Assembly: GCA_001600695.1 (NCBI GenBank)
Contig: BCKQ01000004.1
Location: forward strand, 1,416,321-1,480,320
Origin: Ascoidea asiatica JCM 7603
Lineage: Eukaryota > Fungi > Ascomycota
Direction of reading: 5' to 3'
DNA length: 64,000 nucleotides
Below, in pieces: positions 11,761 through 25,865 of the stretch. A program made the translations under genes and the position numbers. Each line of letters starts with the position of its first letter. The first letter of the stretch is position 1. The notes under the pieces are model-generated. The model was not told where the DNA came from. It made no database searches and saw only the letters and a list, made by a program, of their open reading frames with translations.

Positions 11761-12445
11761 TGTTTATGAATTATTCTATTATTATTCTTTATAGCTTAAA
11801 CAATTAAATACTTTGGGCAATGTTTTATTAAATATACTAACTAAAACACTTTATCTATATATTTATTTTCAATCAAACAGTAGAATTATTTCCGATTTAA
11901 TAATCAATAACGATGCATGGACCTTTCTCTGTTTCTTTCTTTCTTTCTTTCTCCGGTGTCTTTCTCATTGCTCTTTCTGCTGCTTCTTCTCGAACATTCG
12001 ACGGTGCAAGTGCCATTCGCTGGATGTTGGATGCAAATAATATCCAAGCCACAAGCACCGCCCTGTTTTATAAAACCAGCCTTTTCATGGCTGAGTTATT
12101 TTTTTAAGGCTGTGCAATGTGGCTTAAACTGCTGACGTAATAAATACTATTTGCTTACCTAAGCACTATTTGGTTTTCTTTGCATTTATTCTCTTCGGCG
12201 TTTATCAAATCAAAAAAAAATAAAGGTCTAACAAAACAAAGATGATAAAAAGAAACACATGAAGATAAGAAGATACAAATAAAATATAAAGATACTTTAT
12301 CATCATATTAGTACTTGGAATCTTTTTAATCCTGTTTCAAAACATTTGAATTGAATTAAAAATAATCTCATTGATATCATTTGAAAATTTCTTAATTCAA
12401 TCTTTCAATTAAAACTAATAATAATGAACTAATCAATTAACTCAA

Positions 12446-13234
12446 ATGTCTTCTTTTAAAAATGAAAATATTCAACAATTTTATAGAAAACCTAAATCTC
12501 AATCTCAGTCTCAATCTCAGTCTCAATCTCATTCTCAATCTCAATCAACTCAATTTCAATTACCTCAGTTATTAAATCCTTTATTAAATGCCATTTTTAA
12601 TAATCCAAATAATTCAAATTCAACTTTATCAAATTTATATAATACTTTGAATAATAATCCATCTAATTTTATATTATTAATTCCTTCAACTGATATTTTA
12701 TTGAATTATTTTTATTATCAACAGCAAAATGATGATTCTTCATTTGAAAATAATCAAGATATTAATAAAAATTTAAATTCAAGTTCAAAAAAAAAATTGT
12801 ATTATAAAGATAAATCTTATGACTTGAATTTCATTCAATCTCATATAATTAAAATATACAACAACAATAATAGTAGTAGTAGTAGTAATAATAGTAATGA
12901 TATTGACATCAATTTAAATTTAAATTCAAATTCAAATTCAAATGGTGTTTTTTATAATTTAAATAATGAGAAATTACAATTTAAAAAAAATTATTTAATT
13001 TTCAATAAAAAGAAATTTAATATTATTAAAATTAATAACTTCTTAAATTTCAATAATTATTTAAATTCTTTTAAATTTAAATTTATTTTATTAAATTTAC
13101 CTTTAATTGGTATTCCAATAAAATTATACTCAAATATCATTACTAATAATAATTATAATAATAATACTACTATAAATAATAGTGACAGTAATGATATCAT
13201 TAATAGTAGTAATATAAGTAATAATAATAATAAT

Positions 13235-13300
<66 letters not shown>

Positions 13301-16300
13301 TCATTTGAAAATGATGAGATTATCTCTGATATACTTAACTACGATTCAACTAATTCGTTTGATCAATTAATAAGAAGATTTCCATTAATTTATCAATCTT
13401 TAGGTCATATTTTCACATCTAATTTTAAAAATTTTAATCAAAATTATCTTTTAATTAATAATATTAATAATAATATTTCCTTAAATGATTTATTATTACA
13501 CTTTAATAAATTAATTTCATCAATAAAGTTAAATTTCAATCAGAATTTATCAAATAATTTAATTAATGATATTTTAAAATTCAATCCAAATATAGATTTG
13601 AATAAATGTATTTATGATTATATTGAATTAAACCTATATGATAATATATTCAATAAACTAATATATTTAAATAATATTAAAAAAAATGATAATATAGTTT
13701 TTAATAATGAATTTTATGATAATATTCAATACATATCTTTAAATCAATTAAATTTAAATAAAAAATATTTTAACTCAATTAATAATTATCAGTTTTTGAA
13801 AATTTTAAGAAAAATTAATTTATCAATCATTGAATTCAAAAAAATTTCTTTATCAAATAATTATAATTCAAAATTAAAAATTTTAATTAATACTATAAAT
13901 ATTCTAACTAAAACAACTTCTTCAAATGATAATCATAGTAGTAATCATATAAATAAAGATTTAATTTCAATTGATGCTGATAACTTAATTGGCTTATTAA
14001 TTTATATAATAATTAACTCAAAAGTCATCAATTTAAATATACATTTCAATTACTTAAAAAATTTCTCATATTATAATCATATTCAAAATGGTAATTTAGG
14101 ATATATTTTATCAACTTTTGAAGCAATAATTTTTTATTTAATAGATCCGGTTAACTACAATAATTTGAAATCTTATTCATTAAAGAATCTAAATTTCATT
14201 AATTTAATTAAATCAAATGATATTAAAAATTTGAAAACTTTATTAAATATTAATTTTAATAATAACAGTAGTTTTAATAATGATTATCCTCCTTTAGACT
14301 CTTTTATATTTTATAGAAATTTAAATGGTGAATCTCCATTAATGTTATCAATATTATCAAATAATTATAAAACTTTTAAAACTTTAATAAATCTCCAGTA
14401 TTTATTTCCTTTAGAAGATATAATTTATGATATAGATATAAATAGTTCTACATTATTATCTCAGGCTTTACAATTACAAAATTTTGCAATTATTAATGAA
14501 CTCATTGATATAATTTCTTCAAGTTGTACAATTAATGAACAATTAATTTATTATAATATTCAAGATAAATTTAAAAGATCAGTTGGTCATTATTTAATTC
14601 ATTATAATGATTTAATCCCAAAAATCGGTTTATTCATAAATTGGATTTTAAAAGATATTAATTTTCAAACTCCATTCTTTACAATTTGTAGAAAATATGA
14701 TGACTCAAATTATAATAATTTGATTTTAAAAACTTTCAATTTAGTTAAATATTGGTATTCTTTGAAAAATTTACAGTTTGATTATAGGGATCATATTGAT
14801 GATAAAGGTAATACTTTATTGCATATCTTAAAATCAAATATAAAAATATTACTTGATCCCTCAATTATAATGAACTTAAATTCAGAAAATAATAAAAGAG
14901 TAACTCCATTGATTAATTCAATTAAATTAAATAGAGTTCAAAATGTTAAAGAATTAATTAATGATAATAGACTAGATCTTTTGAAAACTGACAAATTTAA
15001 TTTTTTCACTGCTTTTGATTATATCAAAATGTCTTCAAGTTTTAATAACAAAACAAAGGTGAACACTAATTTGAATGTACAAAATTCAAACAATTTACAA
15101 ATAGACTTAATTTCAAATACTTTAGAACCCAAATTACTAGATGATGAAAATGATGAGAATAATAGTTCCGCTAGTGATGATACCTGTAATTCAATTAAAC
15201 TTAAAAGAGATTCAATATTTGAAGATATAATTGATAATTTTTATTTGGATAATCATGTTCCTTTTTTCAATGATAAAAAAATATCTATAATAAGACCAAA
15301 ATTTGATTCCCAGTATAAGTTAGTTTTAAAAGGTCAAATAAAATATGCGATTTCCAAAACTGTTTATAAATTATTTAATTACTCAAATATCCATACTTTT
15401 TTAGATTTCAAAACATTATTAAATTTAATGAAAATAGAGTATCCAAATATATTTTTACCTTGTGACGAATTAATTGATTTAATCACTGTTTTCGAGCAAA
15501 ATGCAAAAAGACCAATTGTTCACTTTAATAAACTAATGCTAAATGATTTAATTTTTCAATTAAATTTGAATATTTTTACTTTTCTTTTATCTGTTAAAAG
15601 CTATAATGATTATGAATTAATTTGGGAATTTTTAGTATTACCTGTTTTCAATGAATCGCAAAATAATATGAGGAAAAGAAGTATTACTAAATTCAATAGT
15701 CATAAAGATAAATTCATTTTGAAAGAAGACCTTAGAGAAAACATGGAAGAATCTAATGATTCAGCAACCTTATTTACTAATGATTCTAACTTTTCGACTG
15801 AATCTTTAAAAATTGAAAAATTATTCAATACTATTGACAAACTTTCAACTGAAAAAATAATGGAAATATCTTCTTTTCATAAATTTTTTTATGATCAAAG
15901 TAAGAAATATTTTGATACATTTTCTAAAATTAGAAAATTATTAGTTTTCAAAGATTTGAAAACCAAAGATTTAAACTTTACTGAAAGTATTATAGTTTTT
16001 GGAGATGTTTTATCGAATAATAATCAAAAATTGAAAAATAAGTCCAATGAATCTAATGAGGTTAATTACACTCAATTACCTGAGAATCATTATCTTGATT
16101 TGCCAGAGATTATTAGTGTATTAAAAAAAGTATTGATTCAAGCTGATAATAGTTCATATATTGACAACACCCCATATTTTCTTCTAGCAGATGTTTTTCA
16201 TAGTTTTGAACAAATTATCGGTAATTTGCTAGGAAATATACAGAAGTTATTGGAAAAAATGATTCCTCGTTGGTGGGATCTTTACAACAACATAGAGGAA

Positions 16301-17029
16301 TCTAAAGATCTTTTGTGTCAATTGAAAGCTTCCGAAGAAAGATCTCTGGATAATGGAAATGATTTTAAAGCTAACAAAAGTAGCAGTAATTTACTTTTGG
16401 TTCCTCTAAGTTTGATTAACCAACCAGTTAAATTTCTAAGAAAGCAAGTATCTAAAAGATCTTTGTTGAATTCAGCAGACCGAATAAATATCAATAATAA
16501 TAACAGTCCCGTAGCTGAGCAAAGTAATATTACTTGGGATTCAGCAGAATGTGAGCCATTACTAGGGTCTCAAATAGGCGATAATGATATTGGATTCGAA
16601 TCTTCTACACCAAGTGAACTTGAAAGAAGCTTTGATAGTTCTTTATCAAATGAAGTCGACCGAAGCTTCGATAGCACTGGTTCAACTATTATAATATTAA
16701 ATGATGAAGATGAATCATCTCAAATGAAGAAAAAGCCAAATAAAAAAATTTCCTTTTTAACGAATATGATTGAAAGCAAAAGAATCAATTACGAAAATGA
16801 GTTGTTAGTTGATCTCAAAGGTCTTACTAAAGAAATAACTATTTTGGAAAGGGATATCAAATTTAAGCATGAATGCTTGGCACTAGAAATCGGAAACTTC
16901 AATGAAGTCAAAGAGTTTTTTTGGACATATTCTATGAAAAGTTTTATCGAAACAAATTTACGAAAACTTAAATATTCATCACAGATTTTAAAAAAATCTT
17001 TAGAGGACATCAAAGTGCTCAAATTATAA
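12446..17029 (+). CDS. VRL1: VPS9-ankyrin-(PX/BAR-like) endosomal Rab GEF, 1527 aa
   Basis: VPS9 motifs IDADNLIGLLIYII and GYILSTFEA; ankyrin repeats GESPLMLSI, GNTLLHIL, VTPLINSI; helical C-terminus; matches the YML002W/YML003W architecture as one ORF. Confidence 0.8.
13219..13300 (+). repeat. (AAT)n microsatellite encoding poly-Asn in VRL1
   Basis: Directly visible, nearly pure AAT run. Confidence 0.95.
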
Positions 17030-17656
17030 TATCTTATTTTTTTTAACTTTTTTTATCCAGGTTTTTCGCATTTTCGTTTTTTCAGCAATATTCAATTTCC
17101 TTCTCGCTTTTATTTATTTTTATTTTTCTTGAATAGTTTGTTATATTTGGTTGCATTTTTTTATAATTTTAAATCTGTATTTTTTATTTGTTTTTCATTG
17201 AATTCCCTTTTTTTCTTTATATTTTAGATGGAATATTTGTTAATTTTCAATATAGAATTTCATAAGATCTTTTTAGGAACTTTTGTAGTTATGATAAGGA
17301 TCTGTTATCTAATTGTTAATATTTATGTTTTTTTTTTTGTTTTATTATTCATTTCAAGACACTGATTGCAAAATAGATGAAATTTTAGTAATAGTTTTTC
17401 TAATAACTAATGAAACAAAAATATGTAAAAGTATTTATTATTATTGAATGCAGAAATTTAAATTAAATGAACAGACATGAAAACTCAGTAAAAATATGAA
17501 ATGAAAAATAATGACTAAAGAGAATAAACACAAAATGCCTTGAAGAGTGTCTATAAAGGAACAAGGAGTAAAAGATAGAAAAAAAAATGAAAAGCAAAGA
17601 GAAAAAAGATGTTAAGCAATAATAAAGAAATATGTTCCATCGAACAAAGAGTATCA

Positions 17657-20314
17657 TTAAATAATTTTTTTAATTCTGCAATAGTTGAAGAAATCTTTTC
17701 TATGCAATGTACCAACGTAATTTCCTTCATCAGTAACAGTGACACATCTGTTACCTAATTTGGTGAAAATATTTTCAAGTAAACTTATTTGAGAATTCAT
17801 ATCAATTGAAACCAAATTTTTTTCAACAATTGGTGTAAAATCAGTTAAATCATTAAGCAATTGAAATATTTGATAAGGAGGTAGATCATCGGTATGATTA
17901 ATTTTATAGGAAGCTGTAGAAACCTCAAAATTTGGATGAGAAACTAAAGATGGATCAGACAACAATTGACAAATAACATCATTTGCAATATTATTTTTTA
18001 AGCAAAATTCTTTCAAATTATCTAAACACAATTCAAGTTGAGTTACAGGAATTATACCAACTACAATACCATTTTTCAAGATTGTAATACATCCATCAAT
18101 TAATTTTTTTTTCTGTAAGTCGATTAATTGTTCAGTTAAAATTGAGGCTTCAACTGAATAATTATTTTTTAAGTCAATCGAATTTTCTTTACTTTTTTCA
18201 CATTCTTCTTTAAATTCAGTGATTGTTAAAAGTGGATCAAAAACAACAGTTCTTCTAATATCTAAGAACGGAAAGTTATTTTTTGAAATTAATAAACCAT
18301 ATAAAGATTTTGGTTCAATTAAATAAGCTATCCAATTTGAAACAGCAATTGCAATTGATACTGGTAAAACATACTCATAACTTGAAGTTAACTCAAATAT
18401 GATTGTAGCTAAAGTTACATTCATTCTAGTTACTCCAGCCATAAACGAGCCTGCGCCAATCATTGCATAAATACCAAAATCTATAATATTTTCATTATTT
18501 TTTAAAGATAAAGAAGAAATTTCTTGAAAAGATGTTGAATTTAAAAAAAGTAAATTTAAAAATTCTGGATGTTTAAAATGGATATATTGTAAAGTCATTG
18601 CAAATACTCTACCAAATAAAGCACCAATAACCATTGTTGGAACATAAATTCCTGCGGGCACTTTTAAACCAAATGTAATTGCTGTTAAAATAATTTTAAC
18701 AATTAAAGCATAAATTAAAGGAGATAAAATCTTTGGAATTTCATTAAAATCATTAGGACATAATTCATAATTTTTTTCAAGATTTTTTAAAATTGATATA
18801 TTTGAAGGATTTGAATATGAACATGGTGAAGCTAAATCTAATAATAATTCAGCTACACTTTTTTTAGTATAAGTATTTGGAAAAGTTAAAATTGCAGTTA
18901 TTGAAGCAATTAATAAAACTTCAAGTATATAATGATGATTAATAAATTTTTTTGTTCTAAACCAATTTGACCAAAAAGTTGAGAATTTACAAAATAAACC
19001 ACCAAATATACCACCGGCAATACCAATAAATATAAAGAAAAATATTTCAAAAAATCTCCAATCGGAAGTATATTTAACTTCAAAAGGTACAGTTTTTCCA
19101 GTACCATAAGGATTCAAAAATTTTAAACAAAGAATTGAAATCATTGCACAAAAGAAAGTTTGAAATAATTGATTATTTTGTAAGAAGAAATAATTAACTT
19201 CTTCCAAAGAGAATAATACACCACCTAAAGGAGAACCAAAAGCCAAAGCAACACCAGCAGAAGCGGATGCGGATAATATTAATCTTTTTTCTAATTGATT
19301 ATCCGAAAATTTAGAGAATAATCTACAAGATATATTACCAACACAAGTAGCTAAATGAACATAAGGACCTTCTTTACCTAAAGATAAGCCTGAAGCAATT
19401 GCAAATATTAAACCAATTGATTTTGAAATTAAAGTATAAGTACCTAAGAATTTTCTGATAATATAACCAGATAATATAGTTTTAACTTCAGGAACACCAG
19501 AGCCATAACCAGTATATAATTCTCTTGAAAAATTTAAATTCTTTTCATTTATAATATTTGACTCATTTGAATTATTTGAATCATTGGAAGTATTTGAAAC
19601 ATTTAAAGTCTTCGATTTGGAATTTAAATCAGAATTTTTAGTTATTGTTGGATCAGTAGTTTTAGTTGAAAGGGTGATTAATACAGAAAGATAAGAGAAA
19701 AAATTAGTTAAAAGAAAATAAATTAAGAAATCATTGATTAAAAAATGATTATAAATTCTTAAATTAGATAAAAATTCCTCAGATTTATCAATAACAAAAG
19801 CAATAATTGAAAAAACTATTGAGATTATTAAAATTATTAACCAATTTTGAAAATTATAGAAAAATTTTTTTAGAAAAATTTTTTTTTTTTTATTATTATT
19901 ATCATTATTTAAATTGAACTTTGAAGTTGATAGTTTAATTGAATACTGTAACCAATCAATTGTTGTGAAATCATCATAAAAATTTCTTTTTAATTTATAT
20001 TTTTCTTGAATTTGATGATAATTTTTAAATTGAGAATCAGATAAAGAACCATAATTTTGTTGAATTTGATTTAAAGAATTATTATCTATAAGAGAAGTAG
20101 ATTCATGATTTTCATTATTACTATTACTGTTTTTATTATGATTAATATTAAAATTAAACTGTAAATTTTGCTTGGAAGGAGTTAATAATAAAGGAGTATT
20201 AACATTAGAATGATTTTTACTTTGTATATTACTTGAAATTATATGAGATCTTATATTTGAAGTACTTGGTAAATGAATCATATGATGATGAGGAGAATTT
20301 GAATTGATATTCAT
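17657..20314 (-). CDS. ClC-family Cl-/H+ exchanger (Gef1/ClC-3-like), 885 aa
   Basis: Signatures FTTIDW, GSGVPE, GKEGP (gating Glu), LFSLEE (proton Glu), GIYVP; CBS-like C-terminus. Confidence 0.94.
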   Translation of the reverse strand: MNINSNSPHHHMIHLPSTSNIRSHIISSNIQSKNHSNVNTPLLLTPSKQNLQFNFNINHNKNSNSNNENHESTSLIDNNSLNQIQQNYGSLSDSQFKNYHQIQEKYKLKRNFYDDFTTIDWLQYSIKLSTSKFNLNNDNNNKKKKIFLKKFFYNFQNWLIILIISIVFSIIAFVIDKSEEFLSNLRIYNHFLINDFLIYFLLTNFFSYLSVLITLSTKTTDPTITKNSDLNSKSKTLNVSNTSNDSNNSNESNIINEKNLNFSRELYTGYGSGVPEVKTILSGYIIRKFLGTYTLISKSIGLIFAIASGLSLGKEGPYVHLATCVGNISCRLFSKFSDNQLEKRLILSASASAGVALAFGSPLGGVLFSLEEVNYFFLQNNQLFQTFFCAMISILCLKFLNPYGTGKTVPFEVKYTSDWRFFEIFFFIFIGIAGGIFGGLFCKFSTFWSNWFRTKKFINHHYILEVLLIASITAILTFPNTYTKKSVAELLLDLASPCSYSNPSNISILKNLEKNYELCPNDFNEIPKILSPLIYALIVKIILTAITFGLKVPAGIYVPTMVIGALFGRVFAMTLQYIHFKHPEFLNLLFLNSTSFQEISSLSLKNNENIIDFGIYAMIGAGSFMAGVTRMNVTLATIIFELTSSYEYVLPVSIAIAVSNWIAYLIEPKSLYGLLISKNNFPFLDIRRTVVFDPLLTITEFKEECEKSKENSIDLKNNYSVEASILTEQLIDLQKKKLIDGCITILKNGIVVGIIPVTQLELCLDNLKEFCLKNNIANDVICQLLSDPSLVSHPNFEVSTASYKINHTDDLPPYQIFQLLNDLTDFTPIVEKNLVSIDMNSQISLLENIFTKLGNRCVTVTDEGNYVGTLHRKDFFNYCRIKKII

Positions 20315-21306
20315 TTTGTATATTATGATTTAGATATGATATATTATACTAACAGAAAGATAAATTATTGAAAACTGGACTGTAATATATATATATCTGA
20401 TAAATCAACTATATATTTGCCAAACTTTTAATTTCTTTGGATATCTATTGACAAATGTGTATCTATTTATTTATTTACTTCTTTATTTATCCGTAAGGGT
20501 TGGTATGTGAATAAGGGTGGTATTAAGAACTGGAATTAATAATTAAGGACAGGGAATTGGGAAATGGGAAATGAGTACCTTTGAAGTTGGCATTTGGATT
20601 AGAAAATGTAAACAGTGAGCAGATAAGAAACAAAAAAGAAAGAAGAGATAATGGAAAAGGAAGAAGAAGAAAGAGGTTTTCCTTTCTGTTTTTCAGTCTT
20701 TTCTTTTCTTTATATAGTTTTGTTTTTTAACCTTTATTTTATTTGTAATTCTTATTTCCATTGTTTATAAGCAGTAACCTTTTTTTTTTTTTTATCTATT
20801 TAATAAACCTTTATTTATTTATTTTTTTTATTTACTGATGGATCTTTTTATCTACGTATTTCTGCGGTGGTGGCTCTGATTCGACAGCGATTAGATCAAT
20901 TTACCAGAAGTGTGGCGATTAATGACCTCAGCGCCCAGACACTCGCCGCTTTAGCGCTACGCATGTGATCAAAAGTAAGCAAATAAAAAAATAAGCACGC
21001 GTGCTTATATAATACAGTGCAAAAAACCAGAGGTATTCTAATGTTTTAACATGAATTATAATGTACAATAACATAATTATGAATTAGTCATTTAATATAT
21101 CCAGTTGTATGGGTGTAATGTATTAGATTGTATGAGTTTTTAAAAGTGCTTTATTGTTCATATTACTGCATTGGGCCCGTGGGTGTGGTAGCAGAATCAA
21201 CTGCTATCGATTTAATATAAGTTACGAACGTTAGCTTTACAAAAAAGGTGTATTTTCTATTTTACTAATGATAGATAACAAATAGTCAGAGAAAGAGTAA
21301 ATTTCA

Positions 21307-22935
21307 TTAATCTACTTTATGATCTGTTCTAGTGCTCACATTGTCTTTATCTTCTTTATTATTCTCATCAATCTCATTAATTTCATTGATCTCATCAACA
21401 TATTCATTATTCACATTTGATATTGGACCTTCATACCAATTCTTGGCACTTATAATCCACCATCCACCAGCTCCAATAAAAACTGCACCTAAAATTACAA
21501 CTGTATAATTCATATTTTCCTTGGTAGCAGGCATATAATTGGGAAATACAAATACAATAGAAACAAATAATGTCCAAATACATGCATATATCATTATTGG
21601 TTTTTCAAATTTACCTAATGAAAATGGTCCTTTAATAATTTTCATTTTTTTATTATTAATCAAAAAACATCCAATCACTAAAACATATGACCAATCGGTT
21701 GCAATTGCACATGCTGAAAATATTGCATTCATTGCAATTGTTGATCCTAAATTAATTAATGTTAAAAGACACATAATTAAAACTAATAACCAAAGTGAAT
21801 TTAATGGTACCCCAGTTTTTTTATTAATCTTACTCCAAGTTTTATAATATGGTATACCTTTGTCTCTTGCAAATGACCAAATACCCCTTGAAGTTGAGCA
21901 TGTTGCAACTGCCCCACAGAACCAAACAATTATAAAAGCTAATGATAAATATCCTGTTGCTGCTTTTTTACCCATTGCAATCATATAAATCTCAACAATT
22001 GGTTGTCCACTGGTTGTATTTAATATTGAATCTAAATCTGTACCCATGCACAATGTGAAAACAATAACTAAAATCCATCCTAGAACTGCTGTTGTTGTTA
22101 ATGCACTTGCTATAGCTAATGGTGTAAGATATGCTGCATTATGAGTTTCTTCAGACATTCTTGAAGTTGCATCATAACATGTCATGACCCATGAAACATT
22201 TAAAAATCCAAATAAAAAGGCCCATCCATCATCTTTCCATCCAGTTGAATTAATAACTTTGGTGAAAGTATATTCTTTGGTATTAATTTTTGGACATTTA
22301 ACTAATAAATGAATAATTAATGCAATTGTTGATCCAATATTAACAAAACAATAATATTTAGTAATTGATGATAAAACTTTTGTTGATAATGAATTTATAA
22401 GACCATGAGTAATCATAATTAAAATTGCAACTGCAGTTGTATGACCTTTTGTTGGAATATATGAATAATCAGTATTCATTGAAATTATTGCTAATAATAA
22501 GGTTGCTGCTCCAAAATCTGTACTACAAGCTCCTGTTATCATACCAGTTAAATATAACCATCCATCAATCCAGCATGCTAATGGTACCCATTTCTCAGGC
22601 ACTATTTTACTCAATGTATAATACATTCCACCTGATGTTGGAAAACATGATGTTATATGAGCTACAGACCATGCAATACAAAGACATCCAATAGCCCCAA
22701 CAAACCAACACCAAATTGCTGCTGCTGGTCCTCCTGACCAAAGTGGATATAAAAATGTAATTGAAATTGTACCCATTAAACCAGATATTGATAATGCAAA
22801 TGAAAATGTTGATAAAAAATCATAACCTCTATTGAATTCTTGCTTATAACCCATTTGAGCTAATTGAGCTGCATCCTCATCTAGAGTAATACCATTTCTT
22901 GATCTAATTGAAGTCACTTTTTCAACATCCCCCAT
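21307..22935 (-). CDS. APC-superfamily amino acid/GABA/polyamine/choline permease (Uga4/Tpo5/Hnm1 family), 542 aa
   Basis: LAQMGYKQEF, GGPAA, FPTSGGMY, MSEET, SFARDKG, NMNYT motifs; about 12 TM segments. Confidence 0.93.
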   Translation of the reverse strand: MGDVEKVTSIRSRNGITLDEDAAQLAQMGYKQEFNRGYDFLSTFSFALSISGLMGTISITFLYPLWSGGPAAAIWCWFVGAIGCLCIAWSVAHITSCFPTSGGMYYTLSKIVPEKWVPLACWIDGWLYLTGMITGACSTDFGAATLLLAIISMNTDYSYIPTKGHTTAVAILIMITHGLINSLSTKVLSSITKYYCFVNIGSTIALIIHLLVKCPKINTKEYTFTKVINSTGWKDDGWAFLFGFLNVSWVMTCYDATSRMSEETHNAAYLTPLAIASALTTTAVLGWILVIVFTLCMGTDLDSILNTTSGQPIVEIYMIAMGKKAATGYLSLAFIIVWFCGAVATCSTSRGIWSFARDKGIPYYKTWSKINKKTGVPLNSLWLLVLIMCLLTLINLGSTIAMNAIFSACAIATDWSYVLVIGCFLINNKKMKIIKGPFSLGKFEKPIMIYACIWTLFVSIVFVFPNYMPATKENMNYTVVILGAVFIGAGGWWIISAKNWYEGPISNVNNEYVDEINEINEIDENNKEDKDNVSTRTDHKVD

Positions 22936-25865
22936 TTTCAGTTACTTATATAAAAGTCTATCTTGATTCTTTCTTTTTTAATTATAGTATAATGTGTTAT
23001 GTAGATTTATTTTTTATTATCTTATTTTAAAAGGAAAAGGAGAAATTGAAAATAATCACAACTTTTAACTTATTTTATATAAAAATAAAATATATTATTG
23101 AAGTTATAAATATACGGTATTGATAATGAATAAGATAATTCTTATTAACTAATATTGTTGGGTAATATTATCTAAATATGGAAAGTTGTCGTTTCTAAAT
23201 AACTTTTGATGCCTTAGAATCTAATTTACTTATATTAGTTTTTATATTTATACTTGAATTCATAATATTTTTCACTTACAAATCTCTTTAACAAAATATT
23301 ACAACTTTAAATTCAATAATCACTCTCATTTTCATGCTTAGGATTATTTTCTTATTATTGTTATTGAAACCAGTATTTTCTATTTCAGATTCTCATATGT
23401 TTTTTTAAGCATTTTGAAAAATTTTCGCCATTTCTCTCAGATGCAGCGTTTTACTTTCGCTTCTTTTCTTTAGAAAAACTTCCCGACTCGCGATATTTTA
23501 TAGGCGACCACAAAACACAAAACAATCTCATAAAGAAAACAAAACTACAGTGAAATATAATAAAAGGGAAAAGTCAGTGAAAAATTATGGAAAGCAATTA
23601 AAGCATACTAAAAGAAACAAGACCTTCTTTATGTGTGGTATTCTTTAGATCGTAACCAAGCATTTCTATTCAGGCTAAACTTATGTGAAGCCTTCATTGT
23701 AACGGTTTTATTTTTCGATTTTAGTCTACTTTTCATTAAGACCCTCTCATTAGCCTGTTTTCATATTATAAAATAAATGCAGTTTAAAAGTTTTTTCTGA
23801 TCAAGTACCAAAAGATAATTTGGGTTAGATGAGTATAGTGTATAAAAGTAATAGATTTGTTGTATAGTATGTTATTTTACTCACTCACACATTTGTATCA
23901 CCAAAGGACCCTTTAAATAGAGGAAATATTCTAAATTTTAAATCTTTTTATCTAAATTTATCAGAATAATTTTAAATTAAGCTTAAATTTAGAATCCATT
24001 GTTTAATTCATTGGTTCATCCCTGATTTATCCTAATTTATGTCATGATATTTTAATGATTAGCAATTTTTCAATTAAAAAATTCATAAGCTCACATATTG
24101 TCAATGGCGCATGGAAAGAAGTTTCCGTTTTAGGAAATTTGTTTACACTGTGAATAATTATGAATTCTTTAATCAAATTTTATTTTATTTTATTTTGGCT
24201 TTGGTTTTGGCTTTCGATAAGGCAGACATACATAAATTTCAATTAAAAAATTTACACAAAGGAAAACATTCTTTTACAAGCTTTTGTTATTAATTAAATT
24301 CAAACTTTTGATGTACTGTAGCTGAATTTCAATGGGTTAAAAAAGAGTTTATTTAACTGTTTAATCTTTTTAAGACTATTCTTTTATAATATAATATCTT
24401 CACCTATCTAAATGTAATATTTGATAAACTGTTGTTTAAAATTCTTTTCTTTTCTAGTAAACTGACGATAAAAGAGAAAATTAAACTGAGTAAAAACTCA
24501 TAAGTTAATCATATTGCATTGTTCAAACTAATTGAATAAAATAAGAAGTTTTCCCTTGATTCCTAATCTAAAAATTTATCAATTTAAGACCACTTAATTT
24601 GACGTGAAAAAATATATAGTGAATATGTCTTGATTTGATTGATTTGATTTCCAGTTTTCTAAAATTCAATTTTTTTAAATTCAGAAACTAATACAATTGG
24701 ACCCTTAAACAATAAATATGTAAAATGGATTTGATTATTTCAAGACATACAAAATATTTAAGTAATTTGAAGCAATAAAATCAAAATTGAAAAAATTATT
24801 AATCACCAAGATTTTATTCTTACTTGATCAAGTAATAATACAGCAGAATTTTAAAATCTTTAAAGCAGAAAAGTTGATTTACTACTTTTTTAACATAAGA
24901 TTATTTGAAAAAGTGACGATATATGTTTCCTAATTAGGAATTTAGTTTACATATATAAGTAAACTCAAGCTATTTTATTCAAAGAAAAGCTTTCACCATC
25001 CCTCAAAAGCTATATTTTTTGACATTATTAATTTGGCTCTTTCTCTTAAATAATTTTGAAGCCAAAATGCTCTATCTAAATTATTTCTTCTGTGTGATCA
25101 TGAACTCCTCTTTATTTGATCTTCAATTTAACCAACAACACTTAGAAATAATAGTCTCAAAATACTTGAGTCAAATCGGAAAAATACTCGCTAAAAAGAA
25201 TATCGAATGTGATTTCTTTTTCTGGAAGGAACTTTAGCGAAGGGCACAGAGATCTGCGCTGCATGCAGCTTCCAATTTTTTAAATTAGCAAATGGCGTTA
25301 ATAAATTGATCAACCAACAACCTGGGCAACAATAAATAAGGACTTAAAAATAAGCTTTAACGCCCACAGGTTACAGCATTTTATTGGGAATGCGTTGTCA
25401 CTTTGAGTTAAACTCTAAAAAATTCTTTATTCGGGATATTATATTTCCAATTTGTCTTATCCGGATTCAATTTTTGATATTCATACACAGTTTTGAAAAC
25501 ATTCTTCCAGACAAAATTTATTTGCTAAATAGATACCAGAAGAGGGAAAAGAACACAAAATAACAAAACAATATTATACAAAACTTAAAAATAGTTAAAT
25601 AGTAAATGATTGATCTGAAATTTTTTAACGTCAGGAAAAATTCTGTAATATTTACAGTAATAACAGTGAATGAGCTTTGATATAAAATACGTCTTTAAAT
25701 TATTTTATTGATCAATAAGTATTAAGAAGAAAAGTATTAAAAAAGCAGAAATATTAAATAAATATATAATTAACAATCATAAGTAATGAAGAAGAGCTAT
25801 AATCCATAAAATCAAAAAAAATTTGTGAATGTAAGATGGTATAGATCTAAGTTATAAAACATATA

